From contig JALRIY010000001.1 of NCBI GenBank assembly GCA_023255285.1, positions 13,875 to 55,005 of the forward strand: a stretch of DNA of 41,131 nucleotides, given 5' to 3'. This DNA is from Algoriphagus sp. Lineage in GTDB: Bacteria > Bacteroidota > Bacteroidia > Cytophagales > Cyclobacteriaceae. This document shows, one piece after another, positions 1 to 9,454 of the stretch. Below the pieces are notes generated by a model. It had not been told where the DNA came from. It saw only the letters and a program-made list of their open reading frames with translations, and did not search any database. Position 1 is the first letter of the stretch, and each line of letters starts with the position of its first letter. Position numbers and translations under genes: made by a program.

Positions 1-260
1 CCCATGGCGAGTAGTAGTATCCCTAAAAAGATAGCTTTACTATGTCCCAATTTTTTACCCAAAAATGGGGCAAATAAGGAAAAAATGGCAAAGGTAATTA
101 GGCTGAGCGTGGTCAAAAATCCAGCTTCTCCATTGGATATCCCCAGGTCCTCCCGAATAAAAGGAATCAATGGTCCTACCGACGCAATGGAGGTGCGGAG
201 GTTGATCGAGATTAAGATCACCCCTAGGATAAGTACGGCTTTGGAAGAGGATTTGAGCAA
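1..260 (-). CDS. MFS transporter, CynX/NimT-like (5' part; runs off window edge)
   Basis: Manual translation from TTG at 260: MLKSSSKAVLILGVILISINLRTSIASVGPLIPFIREDLGISNGEAGFLTTLSLITFAIFS; NLR..I.SVGPL is typical of the CynX-family N-terminus. Not in the ORF track because it has no stop in the window. Confidence 0.8.
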   Translation of the reverse strand, partial: MLKSSSKAVLILGVILISINLRTSIASVGPLIPFIREDLGISNGEAGFLTTLSLITFAIFSLFAPFLGKKLGHSKAIFLGILLLAM

Positions 261-293
261 GGAAGGTCTAAATGCGAGGTAAGAGGGTCTCTG

Positions 294-482
294 GAAATAC
301 GAAGTACGGAATACGAAGTACGGAATTTAAAGCAAATGTCGAATACTGAACGCCCAATTCTGAATGTTGAAGTGGGGAAAACTAGCTTTAGGTCAAAAGT
401 ATGCTCTTTAGCCCAGCAGCATTTAGTCTCGCCTGCCTGCTGCATGTACTTTGTACAATCTTGCTACAAGCTACCTGCTACT
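294..482. repeat. Three degenerate 7-nt-period tandem tracts in an intergenic region
   Basis: gaaatac-gaagtac-ggaatac-gaagtac-ggaattt (294-328); aatgtcg-aatactg-aacgccc-aattctg-aatgttg (335-369); tgctaca-agctacc-tgctact (462-482). Confidence 0.7.
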
Positions 483-487
483 TTTCC

Positions 488-1519
488 CTACGATCTCGAC
501 ACAATAAGATCCTCCACACACCTTACCCAAGTATCACTGGAGTTGAGGCTAGGCACCAAGTCCCAATGCTCGCCTCCAAGCTCCTCAAACTGCTCTTTGT
601 ATTCTTCGCCCACCTCCACGGTAGTTTCTAGGCAGTCTGCGACAAATGCAGGGGAAAATACGAGTACTTTTTTTATTCCTTCTTTGGCTAGGTCCTTGAT
701 CAGGTCTTCTGTGTACGGTTTGATCCAGGGATCTTTTCCAAGTCTAGACTGGAAGCAAGTCATTACTTTGTCTTCAGGAAGCCCTAGTTTCTCCGCCACC
801 AGTCGAGTGGTCTGGAAGCATTGCGCCCGGTAGCAAAATTGATTTTTTAGCCCATAAGCTGCACAGCAGGTACCGAGCTTGCAGTGTCCTTCCACGCTTC
901 CCTTTCGAATTTGTCTTTCAGGAAGACCGTGGTAGGAAAACACAAATCGCTCGTATTCGTGCTTTTGCATTGCCTCACGTCCCAATTCAGTCCACGCCTC
1001 TAAAAAGAGGGGATGGTCGACGTAGTTGCTGATAAAGGTCATCTCAGGGATAATCTGCCAGCCACGCGTGATTTCCATGACCCGATCAATCACAGAACCA
1101 TTGGTAGCAGAGGCATATTGTGGAAATAAGGGAAGAACAATTATCTTTTTTACATTGGCCTTCTGTAGTTCTTGCAATCCTTTTTTGATACTTGGATTTT
1201 GGTAGCGCATGGCCATGGCTACCAAGTATTTCTGGGGATCGAGCTTTTGAACAAGCTTGTCCTTTAAGTCTTGGGTATGAAACAATAGGGGGGAGCCACG
1301 GTCGGTCCAAAGTTTTCGGTATTCACCTGCTGATTTGGGAGCGCGAAAAGGGGCGATGATTAGATTAACCAGCATCCACCGTGGAATAAATGGGAAGTCG
1401 ATTACCCTTCCATCCATCAAGAATTCTCGTAGGTATTTTCGGACATCTCCTGTTTTGGTACTATCTGGGGTACCTAAATTAACTAGTAAGACCCCTATTT
1501 TTGCGTGACTCGTGGACAT
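488..1519 (-). CDS. hemH: Ferrochelatase
   Basis: GVLLVNLGTPDS, LPLFPQY, FSYHGLP, FQSRLG..PW..P, FVADCLET motifs; start probably MSTSH at 1519 (ORF extends to 1549). Confidence 0.95.
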   Translation of the reverse strand: MSTSHAKIGVLLVNLGTPDSTKTGDVRKYLREFLMDGRVIDFPFIPRWMLVNLIIAPFRAPKSAGEYRKLWTDRGSPLLFHTQDLKDKLVQKLDPQKYLVAMAMRYQNPSIKKGLQELQKANVKKIIVLPLFPQYASATNGSVIDRVMEITRGWQIIPEMTFISNYVDHPLFLEAWTELGREAMQKHEYERFVFSYHGLPERQIRKGSVEGHCKLGTCCAAYGLKNQFCYRAQCFQTTRLVAEKLGLPEDKVMTCFQSRLGKDPWIKPYTEDLIKDLAKEGIKKVLVFSPAFVADCLETTVEVGEEYKEQFEELGGEHWDLVPSLNSSDTWVRCVEDLIVSRS

Positions 1520-1592
1520 GATGCGTGTGCTTTCTTCAGAAGGGCTCAAAATTATTCCCTTTTAATCTTTTTCGATAGAAGTAGTACTCCTT

Positions 1593-2843
1593 TTATCCCA
1601 ATTTGTTTGAAAGCTTTAGTTTTTCGGACCAGCTCATCAACGGTCCAGAAACTATGCTAGAGAGTAGGGCGAGTATCACCAAGCCAATAAACAAGGATTC
1701 TGATACCAATCCATATTCCAACGCGATTAGGGCAAGGATGATGTCCATACTTCCCCTAGCACTCAATCCAAAGCCGATGACCATTGCTGTATTCCTCTTA
1801 AAACCAGCAAATCGACTGCCCAAGTAGGCCCCAAAGTATTTGGTGAAAAACCCAACAATGACCACTATTCCTACTACCATAGGATCAAAACCTTCAATAA
1901 AGTTGACCTTCAATCCAATGGACACAAAAAATATAGGTGCAAAAATATTGTTGATAAAATGGTGTAAAATTTCCTTGGCTTTTTCAGTTAAGTGTTCTGA
2001 ATCACCCAAAGCTACCCCAATAATAAATGCCCCAAAAATGGCATGAATACCAATGTATTCAGTAAAAGAGGCAGCAATAAAGCAAATCGCCAAGGACAAG
2101 GAAATAAGGCCTCCGGGCCAAGCTAGATTTTTATTGGTCCAAGGGAGTACCTTGTTGATCAATCCTTTTCCTACAGTAAGCATAAATACAGTAAAAAAGA
2201 GGGTGAGTCCGATTGTTGGCCAAACTCCCAAACCTGCTTTGCCTGAATCAGCTAAGGAAAGTATCACAGAAAAAATAATCCAACCCACTACATCCACCAC
2301 AATGGCTCCAGCAATTATCAATAAGCCTGTTTTGGTTTTAAATAAGTCTAAGTCCATCAGTATTCGTGCGATTACTGCCAAAGCGGTGATGGAAATAGAA
2401 AGTCCAAAAAAAGTGGAAGCAATAATTCGGTCGTTGATATTCACTCCCAGAAACTCAGGGAAAGCATAAGCAAGTACAAAACCACCTAGAATTGGAATAA
2501 TCATGGAAGTTAATCCAATTTTCAAGGCATTTTTTCCCTGGCCCCAAACCACCTGAAGGTCTACCTCAATTCCAGCAATGAAGAGTAAGAGTACCACTGA
2601 AATCTGCACAAACCCATCTAAGGCAATATTAGTTTGGATATTGGCAACAAATAAGCCTTCAAAAAGCTCGGGAAACACCAATCCAAAGATGGTTGGTCCC
2701 ATGATAATTCCTGCAATGATTTCTCCTACGACAGCAGGTTGCTTCAGTTTGCGCGCCAATTCCGCAAAAAGACGCGCCATAATCAACATCAAGGCTAGTT
2801 GAAGGAGCAGGTTAATTACCTCATGATGGGATAGGGTTTCCAT
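1593..2843 (-). CDS. Cation:proton antiporter (CPA2, Na+/H+ exchanger family)
   Basis: About 12 TM helices; QPAVVGEIIAGIIMGP, LLFIAGIE, DVVGW, PIFFVSIG, ARG motifs. Confidence 0.9.
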   Translation of the reverse strand: METLSHHEVINLLLQLALMLIMARLFAELARKLKQPAVVGEIIAGIIMGPTIFGLVFPELFEGLFVANIQTNIALDGFVQISVVLLLFIAGIEVDLQVVWGQGKNALKIGLTSMIIPILGGFVLAYAFPEFLGVNINDRIIASTFFGLSISITALAVIARILMDLDLFKTKTGLLIIAGAIVVDVVGWIIFSVILSLADSGKAGLGVWPTIGLTLFFTVFMLTVGKGLINKVLPWTNKNLAWPGGLISLSLAICFIAASFTEYIGIHAIFGAFIIGVALGDSEHLTEKAKEILHHFINNIFAPIFFVSIGLKVNFIEGFDPMVVGIVVIVGFFTKYFGAYLGSRFAGFKRNTAMVIGFGLSARGSMDIILALIALEYGLVSESLFIGLVILALLSSIVSGPLMSWSEKLKLSNKLG

Positions 2844-2849
2844 TTCAGC

Positions 2850-3680
2850 TTATTTTTTAAATAAGAGAAGGTTACATGGAATGCTACTCAGCAGCTCCTC
2901 CAAATCATGAGGAAATAGGCGGTCAAAAAAAGTTAGGTTTAAGTCATCGCCAACAATCAAGAGATCTGCTGATATTTTTTCACAGTATTTGGCAAGCTCT
3001 GCTGCCCATTTCCCACCCGTTACTTTGATATTTATTTTTAGATCTCCTGGATCTAACTCACTTAAAATTTCTTCAACATAGGTTATTTCTTCTTGAACCA
3101 ATCTTCTTCGGGTAAAGGAAGCTTCGTCTTCTGTGCCCTCACTTGCATTCCCCATCAGAAGGCCATACATCTTGATTTCATTTAGGATGCTCACTTGCTG
3201 TGTGTGTACTGCTTGACAAAATAAAAGGCTCCTTCGAATCACTTCTGGTGTAAAGTCCAATTGAGTACCATTGATCACCACCTTTTCAAAATCAGTAGTT
3301 TGAACTTTTGGATCAATCAAGGTAAGGACATCACAAGTAGATTTCCGAATGATTTTCCGTGCTACAGATCCTAAGTAGTAGGTCAGTAATCCCTCTTTTT
3401 TGAGGGCCCCAAGTACCAATAAATCCACCTCTTCCTCTTCACAAACTTTTAAGATAGTCTTGGCAGGTTTACCCTCCTTCCAAATGGTTTTGATTCGTTT
3501 CAGATCCTTGCAATGACGCGAAAGAATCTCTCCAAGCTGATTTTCTAATTCCGGAGTTTGACTGCCTATATGAATCAAAATAAGTTCTCCCTCAAACCAT
3601 CCAATTAATTTTCTGGCTTCGGCAATAAGGGCTTCCATTCGTGGAGAAAAGGCAATAGCAAGGGCGACTTTCTGATACAT
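2850..3680 (-). CDS. Universal stress protein (tandem USP domains)
   Basis: G.P...IL......VDLLVLG and LGSVARKIIRKSTCDVL; second ADLLIVG...PCNLLL repeat. Confidence 0.85.
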   Translation of the reverse strand: MYQKVALAIAFSPRMEALIAEARKLIGWFEGELILIHIGSQTPELENQLGEILSRHCKDLKRIKTIWKEGKPAKTILKVCEEEEVDLLVLGALKKEGLLTYYLGSVARKIIRKSTCDVLTLIDPKVQTTDFEKVVINGTQLDFTPEVIRRSLLFCQAVHTQQVSILNEIKMYGLLMGNASEGTEDEASFTRRRLVQEEITYVEEILSELDPGDLKINIKVTGGKWAAELAKYCEKISADLLIVGDDLNLTFFDRLFPHDLEELLSSIPCNLLLFKK

Positions 3681-3882
3681 GGCAAAGGCAATAATTCTTG
3701 AAATACGTCATTTTTTAGGAAAGGAACAATTTTTAGGGCGTACGCCTTTCCCATTTATCCTAGGGGACTTCCGCCCAACTTTATTTTTTGTATTTTCTAA
3801 GTACTCTCGAAAGGAAATCCCATTTTTTTTCTAAACTTTCTGCCTGAGTTCCAATTGATTTTACTAGAAAATAAATACTCCT

Positions 3883-5469
3883 ATGAGAAAATATCTCTTT
3901 TTTGGACTGTTGCTGGCAACGACGATTTGTGGCAAAACATTTGCCCAAAACGACTACCCCACCCTCAGTCAAGTAGCCCAGCGTATTCAAAAACTTAGCA
4001 CAGATCCCGCGGTAGAGCTAAAGACACTAACCAAGACTGCCGGGGGCAAGGAGATTTACGCCCTAAAGATCGGCACAGGAGACAAAGACCAAAAGCCTGC
4101 TATCGCTGTGGTGGGCGGCGTAGAAGGTTTTCATGTGCTAAGTGTGGAATTGGCTTTGCAGTTTGCCGAAAAGCTTGTGGGGGAACATTCCGAGGCACTC
4201 ACATCCACCACCTTTTATGTATTTCCTAACCTTTCACCAGATGCTTATGCCCAATACCATGCGGCATTGAAATACGAGCGTAGAGGCAATGCTGTAGCGG
4301 TAGATCATGACAGAGATGGAGCGCCAGGAGACAATGGTTACAGTGATTTGAATGGGGATGGACTGATTACCTGGATGCGTGTCACCGATCCTATGGGGGA
4401 TTGGACTACCTCCAAAGAGGATCCTCGCGTGTTGGTGAAAGCAGATCGATCCAAGGGAGAGGCTGGAAAATACCAGGTGTACAAAGAAAGTGTGGATAAC
4501 GACAAGGATGGCAAGTTTGCCGAAGACCTCAACGAAGGCATTGCTTTTAACAAATCATTGACTTATAAATTCCCGGTATTTGAGCCTCTTGCAGGGGATA
4601 TAGCAGTTTCTCAACTTGAAAGTAGAGCACTGCTAGATTACCTTTTTGAGCAATGGAATATTTTTGCTTTTGTAACTTTCTCACCTGCAAATAACTTGAG
4701 TACTCCTCTCAAGTATTCGGCAGGAGATGCTCGGAAGCGAGTGGTTACTTCCATTCTAGAAAAAGATCAGGTCTCACAGGCCATGGTTTCAGATATGTAC
4801 ACGAAAACTATTTCAGCCAAGGCCTTTCAACAAACGAATCAAGGAACTAATGGAGACTTTTTTCAATGGGCTTATTTTCATTTTGCTCGATTTAGTTTTT
4901 CTACCCCAGGGTATTGGACTCCAGAATTTAAAGGGAAAACCAATGCAGAGGCTAATTTTTTAGCTTGGTCGGATTCGTTGAAGCAGGATAGCTTTGTTCC
5001 TTGGACCCTAGTGAACCATCCAGATTTTCCCAATCAACAAGTTGAGGTTGGTGGTATCAAGCCCTTTGTAAGTACCAATCCTCCTTTTGAAAAAGTTGAT
5101 GAAATTGCGAAGCAACACACCGATTTTATTTTAAAGTTGGCTGGCATGCAGCCCAAGTTAGAATTTCATAACCTCAAAACTGAGGCCTTAGGAAATGGCC
5201 TGACACGTATCTCAGTGGATCTATTTAATAATTCTCCGTTACCTACTCATTCCGAAATGGGAGCTAGGTCCCGCTGGTTACGGAAGTTACGCGTGGATGT
5301 TGCAGTACCAAGTGAGTCCTTGATTTCAGGTGAAAAAATCAACTTGATTACCTCTTTAGGTGCCTTTGAAAAAACAAAGATGAGTTGGTTGGTAAAAGGC
5401 AAAGGTAATATTACGATAAAAGCGGGGGCGCCCCATGCTGGTTTTGTTTCCCAAACTGTAACATTCTAA
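3883..5469 (+). CDS. Secreted M14 zinc carboxypeptidase-family protein (Zn ligands appear degenerate)
   Basis: Signal peptide; collinear with the downstream M14 paralog; DxDxDG repeats; GVEGFH in place of NIHSNE. Confidence 0.8.
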   Translation: MRKYLFFGLLLATTICGKTFAQNDYPTLSQVAQRIQKLSTDPAVELKTLTKTAGGKEIYALKIGTGDKDQKPAIAVVGGVEGFHVLSVELALQFAEKLVGEHSEALTSTTFYVFPNLSPDAYAQYHAALKYERRGNAVAVDHDRDGAPGDNGYSDLNGDGLITWMRVTDPMGDWTTSKEDPRVLVKADRSKGEAGKYQVYKESVDNDKDGKFAEDLNEGIAFNKSLTYKFPVFEPLAGDIAVSQLESRALLDYLFEQWNIFAFVTFSPANNLSTPLKYSAGDARKRVVTSILEKDQVSQAMVSDMYTKTISAKAFQQTNQGTNGDFFQWAYFHFARFSFSTPGYWTPEFKGKTNAEANFLAWSDSLKQDSFVPWTLVNHPDFPNQQVEVGGIKPFVSTNPPFEKVDEIAKQHTDFILKLAGMQPKLEFHNLKTEALGNGLTRISVDLFNNSPLPTHSEMGARSRWLRKLRVDVAVPSESLISGEKINLITSLGAFEKTKMSWLVKGKGNITIKAGAPHAGFVSQTVTF

Positions 5470-5472
5470 GGT

Positions 5473-7218
5473 ATGAAGATCATGAATATAAAACAGACCC
5501 TCACTGCATTGGCTTTAGGAGCACTAGCTTTTAGCTCCTTTGACTTGAGTGCACAACAAGAAAATTATTTTCGAGCAATAGGGACTCCCCATAAACCTAA
5601 AGTGGAGATTGCCTGGAATCGCTACTACAGCTCAGAAGGATTGTGGGATTGGATGAAGAAGATCGCACAAGCCCATCCCAACTTGGCCAAAATAGAATCC
5701 ATTGGAAAGTCGGTGGAGGGTAGGGATATCCTTACCATCACGATTACCGATTTTTCCACTGGGAAGGATACCGATAAACCTGCCATGTGGATTGATGGAA
5801 ATATCCACTCCAATGAAATTCAAGGTGGAGAATTTTCTTTGTATGCAGCTTGGTACCTAACCGAAATGCATGCGGATAACCAATTTATCAAGCAGCTATT
5901 AAAGGATAAGACTTTTTATATCACACCAACCATCAATCCGGATGCGCGCAACAACTTCTTCAAGGAACCCAATACGGCAAGTTCACCGCGATCTGGAATG
6001 CTTGTACTGGACAATGATGGCGATGGCGAAAATGGTGAGGACAGAATGGATGACTTGGATGGAGATGGACACATCACCATGATGATCCGAAAGTCTTCAA
6101 CAGGTAGATTTATCAAAGATCCTTTGGATCCACGAAGACTGATGCAAGTGGGCCCCGATCAAGTGGGAGAATACGAAATGCTTGGTCAAGAAGGTATAGA
6201 TAATGACGGGGATGGGCAAGTAAATGAGGATGGGATTGGCTATTACGACCCAAACAGAGATTGGGGATGGAATTGGCAGCCCGATTACATTCAAAGAGGA
6301 GCATTAAAATATCCATTTACCTTGCCAGAGAACCGAGCGGTAATGGAATTTGTAATGAAGCATCCCAACATTGCAGGCGCCCAGAGTTTCCACAATTCGG
6401 GGGGGATGATCCTACGTGGCCCTGGGGCTGAGGAAGATGTGAATACCTACAACCGAGAGGATATTCGAATCTACGATGCCATAGGAAAAATTGGAGAGGA
6501 GATGATTCCAGGCTACCGATACTTGACCGTTTACAAAGATTTGTATTCTGTTTTTGGAGGTGAGCTGGATTGGTTTTATGGCAATCGAGGAATTTTTACC
6601 TATTCGAACGAACTGATGGTATCTTATTTGTATTTCAACAAGCAAGCAGGACGTGGCAATCAAGAAGAGCAATTGAAAGTAGATGAGTTGCTCACTTTTG
6701 GAGACGCTTTTGTGAACTACAAAGAATTTAAACATCCGCAATTTGGAATGGTAGAGATTGGAGGTTTCAAAAAAACCTTCGGTCGCGCACATCCAGGATT
6801 CTTGTTGGAGCAGGATGCGCATCGTAATGTGGCATTTACCCTCTATCACGCCTACCATACCCCTAAGCTTTCAATTACTGAAGTAAATGAGGTTGATTTG
6901 GGTGGGGGATTGAAAGAAGTGACTGCTACCATTTTCAATGAGCGGATGGTACCTACCCACGCTAGTCAGGATTTGAAATATCAGATAGAGCGGCCTGATT
7001 ACGTGACCATTTCAGGAGCGAAGGTTGTTGCTGGGTTTGTGGTGACAGATGAAGACATGAAAAAGTACACCGAACAAATCGCTTCACCTGAAAAGATTGC
7101 AGTAGCCAATATTCCAGGGATGGGTGCGGTAAAGGTTCGTTGGATTGTGTCCTCTACGCAAAATATGAGGATTACAGTGGATTCTGCCAAAGGTGGAAAA
7201 GCAAGTTGGAAAAAATAG
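5473..7218 (+). CDS. Secreted M14 zinc carboxypeptidase
   Basis: Signal peptide; IGKSVEGR, DGNIHSNE (HxxE), INPD, DPNRDW, PE..AV, SFHN; several DxDGDG repeats. Confidence 0.9.
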   Translation: MKIMNIKQTLTALALGALAFSSFDLSAQQENYFRAIGTPHKPKVEIAWNRYYSSEGLWDWMKKIAQAHPNLAKIESIGKSVEGRDILTITITDFSTGKDTDKPAMWIDGNIHSNEIQGGEFSLYAAWYLTEMHADNQFIKQLLKDKTFYITPTINPDARNNFFKEPNTASSPRSGMLVLDNDGDGENGEDRMDDLDGDGHITMMIRKSSTGRFIKDPLDPRRLMQVGPDQVGEYEMLGQEGIDNDGDGQVNEDGIGYYDPNRDWGWNWQPDYIQRGALKYPFTLPENRAVMEFVMKHPNIAGAQSFHNSGGMILRGPGAEEDVNTYNREDIRIYDAIGKIGEEMIPGYRYLTVYKDLYSVFGGELDWFYGNRGIFTYSNELMVSYLYFNKQAGRGNQEEQLKVDELLTFGDAFVNYKEFKHPQFGMVEIGGFKKTFGRAHPGFLLEQDAHRNVAFTLYHAYHTPKLSITEVNEVDLGGGLKEVTATIFNERMVPTHASQDLKYQIERPDYVTISGAKVVAGFVVTDEDMKKYTEQIASPEKIAVANIPGMGAVKVRWIVSSTQNMRITVDSAKGGKASWKK

Positions 7219-7237
7219 ATCGCAAGTTTTTTGAATG

Positions 7238-7272
7238 AAATCCCCATTTCTGTAAAGAAATGGGGATTTTTT
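7238..7272 (+). terminator. Rho-independent terminator
   Basis: aaatccccatttc-tgtaaa-gaaatggggattt + T run, between convergent genes. Confidence 0.85.
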
Positions 7273-7352
7273 CCTTTAAGGAAGGGATGGTAAAGTACCA
7301 GGTGTCCTACTTACTAACTAACCCCTCAATCAAAAAATGGGAAATTTGAAGC

Positions 7353-7832
7353 CTAATTGATTTGGGATTTGGCTTTTTCCAACATTTCCTGAGTAAAATT
7401 ACCTTTGAGTTCAACGACTATTAGCCCCCCATTTTTTTCCTCTCCTACCAGAATAACTAAATCGGAGAGTGTGGTTGTTCCCTTACTGTAGATCCTAACT
7501 CCTCCTTTTCCTTCCGCTGCTTCCAGGATCAAATCATAGTTCTCTCTATTGAGATCTTTTTGGAGAGCTTTGTACTCGTCCAATGCTTGAGTACCTTCTG
7601 GGAGGGTGAAAAAAATGAGCTTTTCGATGGACTTAGCTACTGTGGCCATATCGTTTTTATCCATATTGATTTTAAAACCGTCAGCAAAATTCATAAAGTT
7701 ACCGCCCAGCTCCATTTGGAAGGATTCATTGTGGGTTTTGTATTTTTCTTTCAGTTTAGCAATACTTTTGCTTTGCGCCTGCACTCCCAATACGCTACCA
7801 AATAGGGAGAGAGTTAAGATTAGTTTTTTCAT
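7353..7832 (-). CDS. DUF4252-family exported protein
   Basis: Signal peptide, ~160 aa, C-terminal L.IL..E...L.VVEL.G.F; paralogous to the neighbour; ECF operon context. Confidence 0.75.
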   Translation of the reverse strand: MKKLILTLSLFGSVLGVQAQSKSIAKLKEKYKTHNESFQMELGGNFMNFADGFKINMDKNDMATVAKSIEKLIFFTLPEGTQALDEYKALQKDLNRENYDLILEAAEGKGGVRIYSKGTTTLSDLVILVGEEKNGGLIVVELKGNFTQEMLEKAKSQIN

Positions 7833-7849
7833 TTTTTGATTGGTTTAGT

Positions 7850-8389
7850 TTATTTATTAGTGCCTTTTGATCCCTTGCTGTATTGCTCCATACCTGGAAT
7901 GTTAGTTTTATCTGCTAGCATATTTAGGTCTTCGTAGGTGAAACTTCCTAGCATGGAAATCAGCGAAAAACTAGTTGAATTACCAGAAATCATCGTTAGT
8001 TCACGGATAAGCCCAGCTTCTTCACGGATCATAAACTTTAGGCTTCCCCCCTTATCTTGGATATCCATGAGTTCTTCGTATTTATTTCGGCTCAGTGTGC
8101 CCATGGCTTCGGAATACAAGGCTTTCCCATTAATTACTTCAGTTGAAAGGATTCTGATTCCTTTAATTTTTCCAATTAAAGTTCCTAGCTGTTCTGCATC
8201 CTTATCCCCTTCACCATTGTTTTTCAAAAAACCTCCTGCCATCTGCATCATTTTTGGAGAGATATATACCCGAGAGAAGCGTTCGTCTTCCATGTATTTG
8301 GAAAAAAAGCGCTGGATGGCATCTTCTTGTGCGAAAGCCTGAATACCTGTGCTTAAGGCGAAAAAAGTCAGTAGTAAGATCTTCTTCAT
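7850..8389 (-). CDS. DUF4252-family exported protein
   Basis: Signal peptide; FFSKY.EDERFSRVYISPKMM, YEELM.I.D, IREL.M pattern. Confidence 0.85.
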   Translation of the reverse strand: MKKILLLTFFALSTGIQAFAQEDAIQRFFSKYMEDERFSRVYISPKMMQMAGGFLKNNGEGDKDAEQLGTLIGKIKGIRILSTEVINGKALYSEAMGTLSRNKYEELMDIQDKGGSLKFMIREEAGLIRELTMISGNSTSFSLISMLGSFTYEDLNMLADKTNIPGMEQYSKGSKGTNK

Positions 8390-8823
8390 TTTTTTGATGT
8401 GGGTTTGAATAGCTGATTTGTTGTATTGAGGTATTTTAAGTCATTTAAGGGTAGCAGTAATTGTTGCTGGCCTTTGGAGAGGTTGGTTTGAATTTGTGCA
8501 AGGGCTTCCATGACCTGTTGGTAAGCAAGTTGTTCTTGTTTTTTTTGCTCGTATGACTGCCAAACCCAGAAGAAGCAGGCCAATAATGCTATCGACGCTG
8601 CCCATCCCAACCGAGCTATATGGAAAGTTGGACGTTGCTTCTCCATTGGATGGACTATTTTTTTTGGGATTTCCAATTTGAAGTCATCCAATAGACCAAA
8701 AAGTGTCTTTTCTTCTAGGTATCCGTCGGTAGCCCGAAGCAAGGTTTTGAGCTCTAGTTCTTCGTCGAGACTGGTCTCTGTCTCCCAGTATTTTTCTAAA
8801 AGGGTTTCTAATCTTGTTTTCAT
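8386..8823 (-). CDS. Putative single-TM anti-sigma factor
   Basis: LLEKYWETETSLDEELELK N-terminus and WAASIALL TM helix; overlaps the ECF sigma stop (ATGA). Confidence 0.7.
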   Translation of the reverse strand: MKTRLETLLEKYWETETSLDEELELKTLLRATDGYLEEKTLFGLLDDFKLEIPKKIVHPMEKQRPTFHIARLGWAASIALLACFFWVWQSYEQKKQEQLAYQQVMEALAQIQTNLSKGQQQLLLPLNDLKYLNTTNQLFKPTSKK

Positions 8824-9311
8824 CGATGGATTCCTTGGCTGATTAATTTTTCCCGGACATTTTTTCTTGCTCTGTGGAGGTTTATTTTTACTTGTTCCAA
8901 GGTCATTTCCAAGAGCTTTGCAATCTCCTCATAGCTCATTTCTTCCACTTCTCTAAGGAGGAAAACATCCTTTTGCTTCTGTGGTAGGTGATCTACCAAG
9001 GTGAAAATGTGCAAGAGCTGATCGTTATTTTCATAGCTATAGATTTCAGGTTGGGGAAGTTCTTCAGTCCCCTCCAACCCAGTCAATCTATTTGTTTTTC
9101 GATAGTGCATCAAGGTTTCGTTTTTTAGGGATTTAACTAACCAGCCACCTATATTGGGATGGTTTTCTAAATCCACTTGACGTTCCACTGATTTGAAGAA
9201 AACATTTTGAAGAAGGTCTTCGGATAGGTCGCGGTCTTTGGTCCATAAGTAGACCATCCGATATAACCTATCTCGCAGTGGCCAGATATGTGCTTCAAAA
9301 AATGACTTCAT
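8820..9311 (-). CDS. ECF RNA polymerase sigma-70 factor
   Basis: Region 2 (SEDLLQNVF..., WL...LKN) and region 4 (LPQKQKDVFLLREVEEMSYEEIA...VKINLHRARK). Confidence 0.92.
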   Translation of the reverse strand: MKSFFEAHIWPLRDRLYRMVYLWTKDRDLSEDLLQNVFFKSVERQVDLENHPNIGGWLVKSLKNETLMHYRKTNRLTGLEGTEELPQPEIYSYENNDQLLHIFTLVDHLPQKQKDVFLLREVEEMSYEEIAKLLEMTLEQVKINLHRARKNVREKLISQGIHR

Positions 9312-9321
9312 TTAGGAAGAT

Positions 9322-9347
9322 GATGTTCCAAACAAGAAAAAGTTACA
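9322..9347 (-). promoter_or_regulatory. Candidate autoregulatory ECF promoter (TGTAAC-N16-CATC)
   Basis: Minus strand tgtaac-tttttcttgtttggaa-catc, ending 10 nt before the ECF ATG; the AAC-containing -35 is typical of ECF promoters. Confidence 0.5.
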
Positions 9348-9454
9348 ATTGAGCAAAATTTTTTTCAATATTATTTATAAAAACCATTTTATACTGCCCA
9401 GGTTATCCTTGTATTCCTGTTGGAGTGCCCTATAATCGAATTTTAAATACATGA

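Noticed and set aside
4-833. ORFs 4..282, 224..445, 336..833 and 401..631
   Set aside because: Antisense shadows of the MFS gene and hemH, or translation of heptamer tracts; no family motifs.
1603-2802. Several plus-strand ORFs inside the antiporter (similar ones occur inside the DUF4252, Fe-S, mutL, rlmN and gpsA genes)
   Set aside because: Fully nested antisense or off-frame shadows of well-supported genes.
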